This document shows positions 42,425 through 51,960 of a stretch of DNA of 64,000 nt, in pieces. Source of the DNA: Spirulina sp. (GTDB lineage: Bacteria > Cyanobacteriota > Cyanobacteriia > Phormidesmidales > Phormidesmidaceae). How positions within the stretch are numbered: the stretch's first letter is position 1; every line of letters begins with the position of its first letter. Under the pieces are notes generated by a model, which was given only the letters and a program-made list of their open reading frames with translations, ran no database searches and had not been told where the DNA came from. The translations under genes and the position numbers were made by a program. Where the stretch lies: assembly GCA_044070495.1 (NCBI GenBank), contig JBIPSI010000003.1:173894-237893 (forward strand). Reading direction: 5' to 3'.

Positions 42425-42963
42425 TAGCGCTTACCCCTCGCAAAAAACAGGGCGGTGCCCACAAAGCCCCACACCACCGCCGCCATGCTCACCCACAGGG
42501 GTACCCCAGCGGTACGAGGTTCGCCAGCATTCGCCCGCCCAGCAGAAGGATTCGTGTCCCCAGGTACCCCAGCGTTCCCGGTGGTGCCTTCGGGGGTACC
42601 CGTTGCCGAGTCTCCCGTCACCGCATCTGCCGCGACCGGGTTCCCCTCAACCGGAATCGCCAACACATCGCCATGGCCCGCCTGACGCACCATCACCTCC
42701 CAGTTGCCGGGGCGGCTGGGGTCGGGGGTAAAGACAAAGCGCCCTTCGGAATCGGTGGTGCCCGTTTGCCAGGGTTCGCTGGGGTTGTCGGGGGCGTAGA
42801 CATTCACCTGGGCGGCACTCATCGGTTCTCCAGAATCGTAACGGGCCTGGATTTCGATGCCGTTGATGGGTTGATACTCAATTTTGGCTCCGTGGGCAAA
42901 GGCTGGGGCCACCGTCACGAGGCCACCCCACCCTGCTAACAGTAAAACCACCGGATAGTTCAT
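42424..42963 (-). CDS. CbiL/NikL-like accessory protein (carboxypeptidase-regulatory-like fold)
   Basis: Signal peptide AFA^HG, YDSGEP, G.TD.EG.F.F, GHG and C-terminal TM. Confidence 0.8.
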   Translation of the reverse strand: MNYPVVLLLAGWGGLVTVAPAFAHGAKIEYQPINGIEIQARYDSGEPMSAAQVNVYAPDNPSEPWQTGTTDSEGRFVFTPDPSRPGNWEVMVRQAGHGDVLAIPVEGNPVAADAVTGDSATGTPEGTTGNAGVPGDTNPSAGRANAGEPRTAGVPLWVSMAAVVWGFVGTALFFARGKR

Positions 42964-43823
42964 GAAGCCGTTAACTGAATTTCTTCACAATGGCCCTCGC
43001 CCACATGCCCCAGGCTGGGCAGAATGTTGAGTAATGTAGCGTAATCCTCTGGAGAAAGTCCTGATGCGAGGGCGGCACTGTCCACATTCACCGCGCCATT
43101 TTCTGCCAGGGCCGCCAGGGGATCAAAACCCAGCGCCCCGGTGTTGATGTCGTCATCGGCGGGGGCATTGCCATCGCCAAACAGGTGATCAAAGTGGAAG
43201 GTGGCTTCTAGATCCGCCGTGCCGTTGGGGTCGAGGATGCCCTTGCGCTCATCGCCGACAAAATCGCCACAGGTGAAGGCCAGCGCCTCAGACATCCGCA
43301 GGGTGAAGGGCAGGGTTTGGCCGTCCTTAGTAGCCGTGCCTTGCAGCCAAAGGGAATAGCCCGCTGAGGGGCCATCGGTGGCGGGAGGCATCGTCCAGGC
43401 CAGGGCATTGAACCGTCCCGCTGGAGCCGCCAGTTCGCTGATTAGGATAGGTTCAGCGCTGTCGTCGCCCTCGGCCAAGTCCAGTACCTTGGGGTTGTCT
43501 ACTACCACTTGGGCCTTGGCCTGGAGTTCGCCTCCAGCTTCCGGGTTAAAGGGCGGATCGGTTTGGGAGGCGGTGATTTCTGCCAGGGAAACATACACAT
43601 GGTCAAAGGTAATCTCCCAGCCATCACGACTGGTGAAACCCTGACGGACAAAGTCTTCGCCATTGGCGCGAATGACCAGGGTACCCGTTTCAGCGGCATC
43701 GCCAGCGGTTGGGGATGGTGTACTCGTGTCTTCCGTCGTGGTAGAAGCGCCACCACAGGCTTGTAGGGCCACCAGCGTGGCGAGGGCAAAGCCGCTGGTG
43801 GCAAGGTTGAGGAAATGGGGCAT
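42960..43823 (-). CDS. DUF4382-like lipoprotein, first gene of the metal-uptake operon
   Basis: Lipobox LQAC; ANGEDFVRQGF, FHFDH.FGD and GHVGEGHC motifs. Confidence 0.78.
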   Translation of the reverse strand: MPHFLNLATSGFALATLVALQACGGASTTTEDTSTPSPTAGDAAETGTLVIRANGEDFVRQGFTSRDGWEITFDHVYVSLAEITASQTDPPFNPEAGGELQAKAQVVVDNPKVLDLAEGDDSAEPILISELAAPAGRFNALAWTMPPATDGPSAGYSLWLQGTATKDGQTLPFTLRMSEALAFTCGDFVGDERKGILDPNGTADLEATFHFDHLFGDGNAPADDDINTGALGFDPLAALAENGAVNVDSAALASGLSPEDYATLLNILPSLGHVGEGHCEEIQLTAS

Positions 43824-44116
43824 GGGTGTCCAGTAAATCAGCAGGAGGGAGGCCGTCCAACCCATGAAGGGAAATAGAATGACGGTCGGATGATCGGCAA
43901 CCTCCTGTTTACTTAACCCTGCCCACGCTAAAACTTCAATGCCCTGGGGGGGCACTGGGGCCAGTATTTTAGCGGCCAACCCTAGGCAAAATCAGGATTT
44001 AACCCCTATCGTTCTGAAAATCAATGATCATAATAGGAAGCGTTAACGCTATACTCTCGGCGGTTTGCCTATGTAGGTAATTGGCCCAAAGTAGGCTATC
44101 GAGGAAAAGGCTATCT

Positions 44117-44725
44117 ATGTCAAGCCAGCCCATGTTTACCATGCCCCAAATCATTACGGTTGAGGGCAGCGCCGCCCGACCCCTTGGGCCAAGGTGGGGT
44201 CGCCGTGTTGGCCTGGGCCTGCTGTTGAGCCTGCTGCTCGCGAGTTGTCGCACCGTAAACACTCCCGATCAAGCCACGCCGCCGCCGCCCGAAGCCCCGC
44301 CCCCCACCGAGCCAGCCCCCACGGTGGATCCACCTCCAACCCCCGCCCCCCAGGAATCCGTCAGCCAATCCCCCAATACCGCGCCCCCCGTCCAGAGCGA
44401 TCCGCTTCCCGATGCCCTGGTTAAACAGTGGGAACCGATGAGCAACGTGCTGCTCGCCTTTGGCCCCATGACTATCACCAGCGGCGAAATTACCTGGGGC
44501 AGCGGCCAAACCACCCCCTATACCCTCATCAGCACCGAGGGCGGCTTTTTGCTGAAACTAGAGGCCAACCCCAGCTTCTACGACATCAACCACCCCTACG
44601 TGAAGCTGATCCCCAACACCGACGAATCGGGGGCCATCACCACCGTAGAGGTGGCCTTCTACGAAGGCGAAGCCCAGGCCCAGCGGGATGAATACATGAT
44701 GTACGGCACCTATTTTGTGAACTGA
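44117..44725 (+). CDS. Pro-rich lipoprotein of unknown function
   Basis: LLASC lipobox and Pro-rich linker; start uncertain. Confidence 0.7.
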   Translation: MSSQPMFTMPQIITVEGSAARPLGPRWGRRVGLGLLLSLLLASCRTVNTPDQATPPPPEAPPPTEPAPTVDPPPTPAPQESVSQSPNTAPPVQSDPLPDALVKQWEPMSNVLLAFGPMTITSGEITWGSGQTTPYTLISTEGGFLLKLEANPSFYDINHPYVKLIPNTDESGAITTVEVAFYEGEAQAQRDEYMMYGTYFVN

Positions 44726-45423
44726 TGGGGCTGATAACTTGCCATCACGCGCCCTGGGCGGCGGCGCTGTTGGTAATAGGTGTGGCTCACGGGGTCAGAG
44801 AGATCGGTGAGGGAATCGAGGCCGATGCCGTTGCGGCCTTGATCTTTGCCGGAACTGTGGATATACCGCCCCTCGCCCAGGTAGAGGGCCACATGGGTGG
44901 TGCGTTCGGGGGTGCCAAAGAAAATCAGATCGCCCGGTTCTAGATCATCCCAGCCGATAGCTTGGGTGAAGGCTTCCTGCTGGTAGGAGTCGCGGGGAAG
45001 GCGGATGCCCGCCGAGGCAAAGGCGGTTTGCACTAGACCAGAGCAATCGAAATTTGGCCCCACGGTGCCCCCCCACAGATACACATTGGGCTGGGTCATG
45101 GCAGATTCGGCAAAGGCGATCACCTGGGGCAAGCGCTCAACAATGGCGGCCCGATCTAGCGACACGGGGGCATAGGTCGTGGGGGCTGGCGCGAGGGCAT
45201 TCATCTGCCGCAGGCCAATCCAGCCGGGATAGTCATCGTCGCAAAGCTGCACCGGCATCGCCTGGGTCGAGGACTCAGACTGAGGCGACACGCGCAGCCG
45301 CAGGGGCCGACCCGCCGCCGCCTGGGTGACTAAATCCGTTAGGTCTGGGGTTTTGTAGAGGTTGAGGGTGCGGCGACAAACGTACTCTGCCGCCGTTAGG
45401 GCGAGATCTGGGGGCTGCTGCAA
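44710..45423 (-). CDS. NlpC/P60 (C40) peptidase with SH3-like N-domain
   Basis: YLWGG..FDCSG, PRDS, PGDLIFF, HVALY and IHSS motifs. Confidence 0.93.
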   Translation of the reverse strand: MQQPPDLALTAAEYVCRRTLNLYKTPDLTDLVTQAAAGRPLRLRVSPQSESSTQAMPVQLCDDDYPGWIGLRQMNALAPAPTTYAPVSLDRAAIVERLPQVIAFAESAMTQPNVYLWGGTVGPNFDCSGLVQTAFASAGIRLPRDSYQQEAFTQAIGWDDLEPGDLIFFGTPERTTHVALYLGEGRYIHSSGKDQGRNGIGLDSLTDLSDPVSHTYYQQRRRPGRVMASYQPHQFTK

Positions 45424-45427
45424 GGGC

Positions 45428-46897
45428 CTAGGTTCCTTTTTCGCCAGTATTGCGGATATTCACAATATTTTTGAGCACGTTAAACCAGAAGGTAGACCCC
45501 ATGGAAATGGCAAAGCCGCTCACCAGCCAGCCCAGGAAGCGCCGCTGGATCACAGGAATAGGCCAGCTATCTTCCGCCTCACGCTGCTGCTGCATCACGA
45601 CATCGGTATAGCCAAGGGGAAAGGGAATTTCGGAGAGCGCCTTGTCCACCGCCTCCTGCACCTGGGTTAAGTCTTGGCTCAAATCCCCAGAAGACTCGGA
45701 GACCAGTTGATCCGCCACCTGGGTCACAGAATTCCGCAGCACCGGATCCTTGGCCAGGCGACTGGCGATGTGGAAGGAGTCGGCATTGATGGAGATGGCG
45801 GTGGCAATGCCAATCATCAGCGCCACGGCCTTGGCATTGCGCCGATAAACTCCGGTGGCCCGCTCCATACCTCGGTTGTACCAGGTTTCAATCTCACGGC
45901 CAAATTGCTCTACCTGGCTTTGGGCGGTATTGGCCGTCAATTCGGCCTTGCGAGCCAGTACCGCCAAACTGGCCTTTAGCGATGGCGGAATAGTCGCCTC
46001 GGCCACCTGCTCAATCAACGCTTGGGCGATGGGGTTTTGCCCCTCTGCCAGCCGCCGCAGTTCACCGTAGGTGGTGCTATTGGGATCAAAGACATCGAGT
46101 AAATTAGCGACGCTGGGCCGCAGTTTGCCCAGCAGGGCGGCACGCTCAGCGGGGGTGTTGGCTAGACCTCGTTTGATATAGTCCAACCGCCGCATAAAGG
46201 TCTCGGTGAGGGGATGGTTATCGGGCAAAATATCCTGAGCCATGAGCGCAAAGGCCGACAGCCGATCCACGGTCCGATCTACACTTTCTGGTAGTGACAC
46301 CGCACCGCTGCGAAAGTCCGCCAGAATGTCTTGGACGGCTTGCTCAAATTGCTTGAGTTCGGCATTGAGCAAAAACTCGTTGCCCGTGCTGGCTTTGAGA
46401 TCACTCAAAATATTGCTGACCGGTAGAATGACCCGATCCGCCGCAAAGGTCGCTAAACGTTCATTCGCTAAGATCTGCCAGAGTTGCCCTAGCTCCATCC
46501 GCTCCAATAAGCTGTTGGCAAAAGCCTCGGAGGGAATATAGGACGGGCCGCTGGTTTTGCCAGTTCCAAAGACGTTACGAGTTCCGGTTAGGGTGCGATA
46601 AATTCGACCAATTAGATGAGCAGTACTACGGAAAAATCCAGCAATACGCCCCTTGGCTTCTTGGTTTAAACTGCGAATCAGGGGGCTGTCGTAGAGGGCA
46701 TCGGCAAGGGCCTGGGCCGCTGCATCCTTCTCCCGGTCATTACCCGATAGCAAGACTTCAATGGATCGCTTTAGATGCTCGGCTCGCCACTGCAACAGGG
46801 TGCTAATAATCTCCTGAAGCTCGCTGGCTAAAAGACTGAGCACAAAGAAGATAAAAACTAGACCCAGTGCAATGTCTAAGATGATCGGAAAATTCAT
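45428..46897 (-). CDS. Conserved hypothetical membrane protein
   Basis: Long ORF with N- and C-terminal TM helices and a helical core. Confidence 0.85.
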   Translation of the reverse strand: MNFPIILDIALGLVFIFFVLSLLASELQEIISTLLQWRAEHLKRSIEVLLSGNDREKDAAAQALADALYDSPLIRSLNQEAKGRIAGFFRSTAHLIGRIYRTLTGTRNVFGTGKTSGPSYIPSEAFANSLLERMELGQLWQILANERLATFAADRVILPVSNILSDLKASTGNEFLLNAELKQFEQAVQDILADFRSGAVSLPESVDRTVDRLSAFALMAQDILPDNHPLTETFMRRLDYIKRGLANTPAERAALLGKLRPSVANLLDVFDPNSTTYGELRRLAEGQNPIAQALIEQVAEATIPPSLKASLAVLARKAELTANTAQSQVEQFGREIETWYNRGMERATGVYRRNAKAVALMIGIATAISINADSFHIASRLAKDPVLRNSVTQVADQLVSESSGDLSQDLTQVQEAVDKALSEIPFPLGYTDVVMQQQREAEDSWPIPVIQRRFLGWLVSGFAISMGSTFWFNVLKNIVNIRNTGEKGT

Positions 46898-47077
46898 ACC
46901 TTGCCCCTGTAAATCTTTTGGCTACCGCTCCATGCTGGGAGAGGTACCCCAGCCTAAATCCCTCTGCATGGGGGATTTGGGCTGGAGAATTAGCCCTACC
47001 TTACCGGAGCATTGCTCTACAAATAGGGCGTCATCCTTGGAGGTGCTGCGCTAGCCGCATGGACGATGGATACCGCC

Positions 47078-47467
47078 TTAGGACTCTTCGTCTTCAGCGC
47101 CCACTTGCTTGAGTTTGATATGCTTGCGACCTAAGGTAATTTCAAACTCATCGCCGGGGTTGAGTCCCATTTGCTTAGTGTAGGCCGCTCCGATTAGCAG
47201 GTTCCCATTCGCCTGGACACTGATGCGATAGCTAGCGCTGCGCCCACCCCGCCCACTGCCGTTTTGGGGGCTGTCAAATTGAATGCCCTGGGCTTCGATC
47301 AGGGCATTCATAAACTTCATCATGTTGACGCGGGGTTTTCCCGATTTTGTCAAACTATAGTAGCCGCAGGCCTTGGCTTTCTCCTCGCGGCTGTAGCTAT
47401 CGAGTTCTTTAACTTTCTCAACAAGGGCCTGCCCAGTGAGCGGTTTTACTTGAGTGTCCTTAGCCAT
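47078..47467 (-). CDS. Cyanobacterial AbrB-like regulator (cyAbrB)
   Basis: EKAKACGY and GGRSASYRISVQANGNLLIG.AYT.QM...PGDEFEI motifs. Confidence 0.93.
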   Translation of the reverse strand: MAKDTQVKPLTGQALVEKVKELDSYSREEKAKACGYYSLTKSGKPRVNMMKFMNALIEAQGIQFDSPQNGSGRGGRSASYRISVQANGNLLIGAAYTKQMGLNPGDEFEITLGRKHIKLKQVGAEDEES

Positions 47468-47780
47468 GAACTTTATTCTCGTTAGCGATGGGTGAATTGT
47501 GCTTTTCAGCTTAGGTGTAGCGTTTCTAAAGTGAGCGAGACCCACGGGCAGGCAGACAGTCCCTAACCCTTAGGCCCTACCTTACAATACAGGGAAATGC
47601 TGTAGATAATCATCTACGTTATCCTATCCCAATGAACGCAAGCCAAATCATACTACAGCAAAACTTTTTTGGCATTCTTTCTTAACTGGAATCTGTATTA
47701 TTTTAGCGACCCTTGATGCCCTCGGTACCCCGTTCCTGAAAGGCCAAAATTCTTCGGCCATCCCCAGACCAAGGGTTAGG

Positions 47781-47953
47781 CTGAATTGACTGACAAAACA
47801 GCCCTACCTGGAAACCCCAAGGGACTTTACATCCCTCATCCCCTCCGATCCGCAGTGGTGCGCCAGCCTAGATTATTCTTAGCCCTACATTATCCAAATC
47901 CTGTAGGGGCGCGGTTTCCGCGTCCGGCGTAGGATCTTTTGTCAGTCAACCAG
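47781..47953. mobile_element. MITE-like element with CTGnnTGACTGACA-family ends carrying a GTAG REP
   Basis: TTGACTGACAAAA / TTTTGTCAGTCAA inverted ends; REP GTAGGGGCGCGGTTTCCGCGTCC at 47903-47925; no TSD seen. Confidence 0.65.
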
Positions 47954-48027
47954 CATCACCACAGTCGTGGCGCGTCATGGTTAACGGCTTAGACTTAAGT
48001 CGGTAGGCCATGGAAGACCCTTGGGCC

Positions 48028-48120
48028 GTAGGGAGGAGGTCTCCTCACCCGCATGGCTATCGGGGGTAAGCAAGCCGGATTTAGCCTCAGTTCTGACCTA
48101 GGTGCCAGTTCTCCCCTACG
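48028..48120 (+). repeat. Long REP family copy 2, with an inverted partial REP
   Basis: GTAGGGAGGAGGTCTCCTCACCC + tail ... TCTCCCCTAC. Confidence 0.75.
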
Positions 48121-48199
48121 CCGATGGGGGATTGTCGCCGGATAGTTGCCGAATTACGGCTAGACAGCAGGACTGACGGAACTGAATTAGTCTGTGGTA

Positions 48200-49408
48200 T
48201 TAGTCTGTGGTGATGATGCCTTCTTCGGGGTTGACCAGCCGCCAGAGTTTTTGTTTGATTTGCATATCAAACACATCCCATTTCAGGCGGTTGTAGTCGG
48301 AGTTTTCGTAAAAGCCGGAGAGGAAACCCACGGGAACTTCAAACCCTCCGGCCATGGATCGCCCACCGCCAAAGAAGCGCCCTGCGCCGTCTTGGCCAAA
48401 GGCTTCTTTGATGAATTCATCGGGATCAAGGGTAATTTTGCTGGTGCGTAGGGATCCGATGACGACCTCGCGCTCCTCGTCCTCGTCGTGGACGATGCCG
48501 TAGACCACGGCGGTGTGGATATTCTCTTCGGTGACCAGGAAATCGGCGGCCTGGGGGATGGCGTCCCGGTCTTCGTAGCGCAGATAGCCAACCCCAGCAA
48601 TGGACACGTTATTTTGCACCTTGCGATTGCGTAGGGACCGTTCAATCACATCCATCACCCGCTTTGACCGGGAGGCTTGCAGCACTGCATTTAAAAGCTG
48701 GCCGTCGTAGAACTGGCTAAGGTAGGCGGCGGCTAAAAAGTCATCGGCGGCGGCGTTCATCAGTTGATTCGTGTCGGCCCGTAGCCCGTGCATCAGGGCG
48801 GTGGCGCATTTGGCGTGCTTGGTGTTGCTGCGGTCTAGGCGCAACAGCCCCTGCTGAAGATACTGAGTGAGGATGGTGGCGGTGGCGCGAATGTGGGGGC
48901 GCAGGTCGATATATTCTGCATCTAGGGTGGACTGCGGGGCGTGGTGATCGATCACCAGCACCAGGGGAACCCCCGCGTTGCGCACGGGCTGATACAAATG
49001 GCTGGTGGTGCCCTGGTTATCGACCAGCACCACGCCTTGATATTGGTCGAGGTTGGGGCCGTCGTTGTTGGCGAGGATCCAGCGGCGGGCGGGTAACCCC
49101 GTGAGCTTGACTAGGGCAATATTTTCCTGGTGGCTGAGGGTGCCGCCATAGAAAATATCGCAGTCGATACCGTAGGTGGCGGCAATGAGTTTGTAGGCCC
49201 AGGCCGAGGAGAGGGCATCGGGATCGGGAAAGTCTTGCAGTAATAGAAGTTGACGGTCGCCCCGGTGGGCTTCCAGCAGTTTACGCACCGCTGGCACCGG
49301 ACAGTCTGAGTCTTGGTCGATGGCTTCAAGGTCGGTTGTCCCTGCTCCCTTGGGCGACCCCGCCGGAGCCGTGCTATCAGCTGTAGAGTCTAGGGTTGTC
49401 GCTGCCAT
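48200..49408 (-). CDS. DHH-family oligoribonuclease/PAP phosphatase (NrnA-like)
   Basis: PDPDA, LVDN, IDHH, DT and GGG motifs. Confidence 0.9.
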   Translation of the reverse strand: MAATTLDSTADSTAPAGSPKGAGTTDLEAIDQDSDCPVPAVRKLLEAHRGDRQLLLLQDFPDPDALSSAWAYKLIAATYGIDCDIFYGGTLSHQENIALVKLTGLPARRWILANNDGPNLDQYQGVVLVDNQGTTSHLYQPVRNAGVPLVLVIDHHAPQSTLDAEYIDLRPHIRATATILTQYLQQGLLRLDRSNTKHAKCATALMHGLRADTNQLMNAAADDFLAAAYLSQFYDGQLLNAVLQASRSKRVMDVIERSLRNRKVQNNVSIAGVGYLRYEDRDAIPQAADFLVTEENIHTAVVYGIVHDEDEEREVVIGSLRTSKITLDPDEFIKEAFGQDGAGRFFGGGRSMAGGFEVPVGFLSGFYENSDYNRLKWDVFDMQIKQKLWRLVNPEEGIITTD

Positions 49409-49634
49409 GGAACTGCCAAAGTGGGGGGCGTAAAGCGGAAAATCGTTAGGAAATAACCTAAGGCCATTTATTAATTATGGCAAATCCCCAGACCGGCACG
49501 TTTTTAAACCATGACGAGAATGGCGTTTTGAGAGGCAGGACTATTTTTAGCTAAGTTTGGATTAACGATGGCCCATGGGGTGGTTTGGCGGCCAATCGCT
49601 ACAATGGGCACTGTCCCCTCACGATTTCGCGGCC

Positions 49635-50099
49635 ATGAAGACTTTCCTCGTTGCCCTGGTTACCTGTTTGGCGCTGGTGGGTCTGCCCAGTGCGGCCTGG
49701 GCTCACCAAATTGAAACCTTTTATACCCTGGGTAATCAATTAGAGTTTCAGTCGGTGTTTAGTGATGGATCACCCTTTGTGGGGGCCACCGTCACCATCT
49801 ATGCCCCCAATCACCCCGACCGTCCTTGGCAAACCCTCACCACCGATGACGAAGGGCGCTTTGCCTTTGTCCCGGATGAATCTATTTCCGGTGATTGGGA
49901 AGTCGCCATCGAGTCGGAAGACGTTAGCCATGCCGACTACTGGACGGTGCCCGTGGGCGACAGGGGCATTATCTACGACGGCATTAGCCTAGACGATAGC
50001 CTGGATCGCCATTACGTGATGGCCATGGCCACCCTCACCCCTTGGCTGATGGCCGTGGTCAGCGGCTTGGGTTGGGCCTGGTGGAAAAAGCGCCGCTAA
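49635..50099 (+). CDS. Second CbiL-like exported protein
   Basis: Signal peptide AWA^HQ, FSDGSPF..A.V..YAP..P..PW...TDDEGRF.F.PD and C-terminal TM; similar to 42424-42963. Confidence 0.8.
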   Translation: MKTFLVALVTCLALVGLPSAAWAHQIETFYTLGNQLEFQSVFSDGSPFVGATVTIYAPNHPDRPWQTLTTDDEGRFAFVPDESISGDWEVAIESEDVSHADYWTVPVGDRGIIYDGISLDDSLDRHYVMAMATLTPWLMAVVSGLGWAWWKKRR

Positions 50100-50102
50100 T
50101 TC

Positions 50103-50825
50103 CTAAGGCAAGGGAAATCGGCGGGGGGAGAGCGGCGGAGAATCCTGATGAAAAAAAGCCCCCAGCCCCAACTCTTCCCGCACCATGCTGAGGGGCACAT
50201 CCCAGCGATATTCCAGCGGGTAGGCGATGACGGGCTTCCCCCTGAGACCCATCGCGAAACCGCGCCCCAGCGCCCGCAGCAACGGAAGCGTCCACTGGGG
50301 ATTGCTGAGGCTGAGGGGCACAAAGGACAGCACAAACCCATTCAGCAGGTCGCGATACTGCACCACCGTATAGGCCGCCACGCCAAACTCTCCCACCGGC
50401 GACGCATCAAACCCCGTAACCACGTGGTAGAGATCGTGGCTGATGGCCATGCGCTGCTGTAACCAGGTTTCCCCAGGATTTTCCCCAGGCCGGAAGGTTT
50501 GGGGGTTAAAGCCGTAGCGCCGCATGTGGCGAGCATAGGCTCCACCAAGGGTATGGGGTGGCTTTTGGATGAGGAGATCTAAATCTACGGCGATGGTTTG
50601 CCCAGCCAGGGCCGCCGCCTGTCGGGCCAAACGCCGCTCTACCCAAGCCTGCCAACGGCTGTGGCGGCCCGCCGCCAAAATATGCAAAATGCCCTGGGCC
50701 GGATTGTGCAGAAACACCCGATAGGCGGCCCGCAATTCTGTCCACTGAATTCCTGCCAGGGGCCAGAACCGCGAGATCGTCTGGCGGCAAGACTTTCGAG
50801 CTTTTGGTGCAGGTTGACTAACCAT
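50103..50825 (-). CDS. Coq4-family protein
   Basis: P.TLG..YA and HDLYH..TGF....GE motifs. Confidence 0.85.
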   Translation of the reverse strand: MVSQPAPKARKSCRQTISRFWPLAGIQWTELRAAYRVFLHNPAQGILHILAAGRHSRWQAWVERRLARQAAALAGQTIAVDLDLLIQKPPHTLGGAYARHMRRYGFNPQTFRPGENPGETWLQQRMAISHDLYHVVTGFDASPVGEFGVAAYTVVQYRDLLNGFVLSFVPLSLSNPQWTLPLLRALGRGFAMGLRGKPVIAYPLEYRWDVPLSMVREELGLGAFFHQDSPPLSPRRFPLP

Positions 50826-50952
50826 GGTTTGAACTCCTAAACGAGGGCGGTCGGGACACCATGAAACACCATGAAGGGGAGATCAGGACGTAAGCTTGAG
50901 GACGCTCCTGCGCGTCACCCCTGCTTACCAAATACCCCTTTGGCGTCAAAAA

Positions 50953-51039
50953 TATTCGCAAAAGTGAATATGCAACTTTTTGAATTAGTTGATAGACGCA
51001 TCCTATATGCATAAAAGTGAATAGTCAATCGATTGAGTA
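50953..51039. promoter_or_regulatory. Four AphA/PadR-like operator boxes (TATnCA-N6-TGAnTA)
   Basis: Boxes at 50953-50970, 50969-50986, 51006-51023 and 51022-51039 in an AT-rich divergent promoter. Confidence 0.65.
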
Positions 51040-51102
51040 TAAAATTGGTTAATCAACCCTTTGTATTTTATTGATTAAGGTCAATTCTTCTTCTGCCCTG
51101 CC

Positions 51103-51660
51103 ATGGCCCTATCCCACGCCATTCTTGCCGCCCTCACCGAATGCCCCTGTAGCGGCTACGATCTCGCCAAGCGCTTTGATGGATCCGTTGGTTTCTTTTG
51201 GCACGCCAGCCACCAACAGATTTATCGAGAACTCACCAAGTTAGAGGATCAGGGCTTGATCCGTGCCGAGGTGATCGCCCAAACCAGCCGCCCAGACAAA
51301 AAGCAATTCCATGTCACCCCTGCGGGCACAGAATGCTTACAAGCCTGGATCGCTGAGCCAACCAAGGGTTCGCCCCTTAAAGATGAACTGCTGGTAAAGC
51401 TGTTTGTGGGCTATCTGGTGCCACCCGCCACCCTCATCACCACCCTTCAGCAGGAACGAGCCCAGCACGCGGCAACCCTCGCCGCCTACCAAGCCATTGA
51501 GCAGCAATACTTTGCCGATGCCGATGCCATTTCCCCCACCGGGCGATTTCAATACCTCACCCTGCGCAACGGCACCCACTACGAAACCGCCTGGCTGGCC
51601 TGGTGCGACGAAGCCCTAGCCACCCTCAACGCCATGGAGGAGGAGTCGGATCCGTTGTAG
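51103..51660 (+). CDS. PadR-family regulator, AphA-like (long C-terminal domain)
   Basis: SGYDLAKRF...GFFW.ASHQQIYREL, RPDKK and C-terminal LTL..G..YE..W..W motifs. Confidence 0.93.
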   Translation: MALSHAILAALTECPCSGYDLAKRFDGSVGFFWHASHQQIYRELTKLEDQGLIRAEVIAQTSRPDKKQFHVTPAGTECLQAWIAEPTKGSPLKDELLVKLFVGYLVPPATLITTLQQERAQHAATLAAYQAIEQQYFADADAISPTGRFQYLTLRNGTHYETAWLAWCDEALATLNAMEEESDPL

Positions 51661-51960
51661 AGGATCCAGTTGACCATCTGGCTGCGGCTCTCCGAAACGC
51701 CTAAAACCGTGGGTGTAGTTCTCCCTAGCGATTGCTTAGGAGGCAACATCCATCATGAACGGAATCACTACGGTTCATAGGGGTACTCACTCAGTAAGAC
51801 AGACCTTAACTCGGCGTTGGGAAGAACGGGGTTCGGGGCGCTAGGTGGGTTCGGGGGAATGGGGTCGGTCAACCGGGCGTGGGCATTGGCCAATGCCCTA
51901 GGTTAGATTAGAAGCCTTGCCCCTAGGGGCGCTCTGTTGTCGTGTTTGGAGCCGGTGCCC

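Noticed and set aside
43824..44116. Cobalamin or NiCo riboswitch before the cbi operon
   Set aside because: No recognisable conserved boxes by eye.
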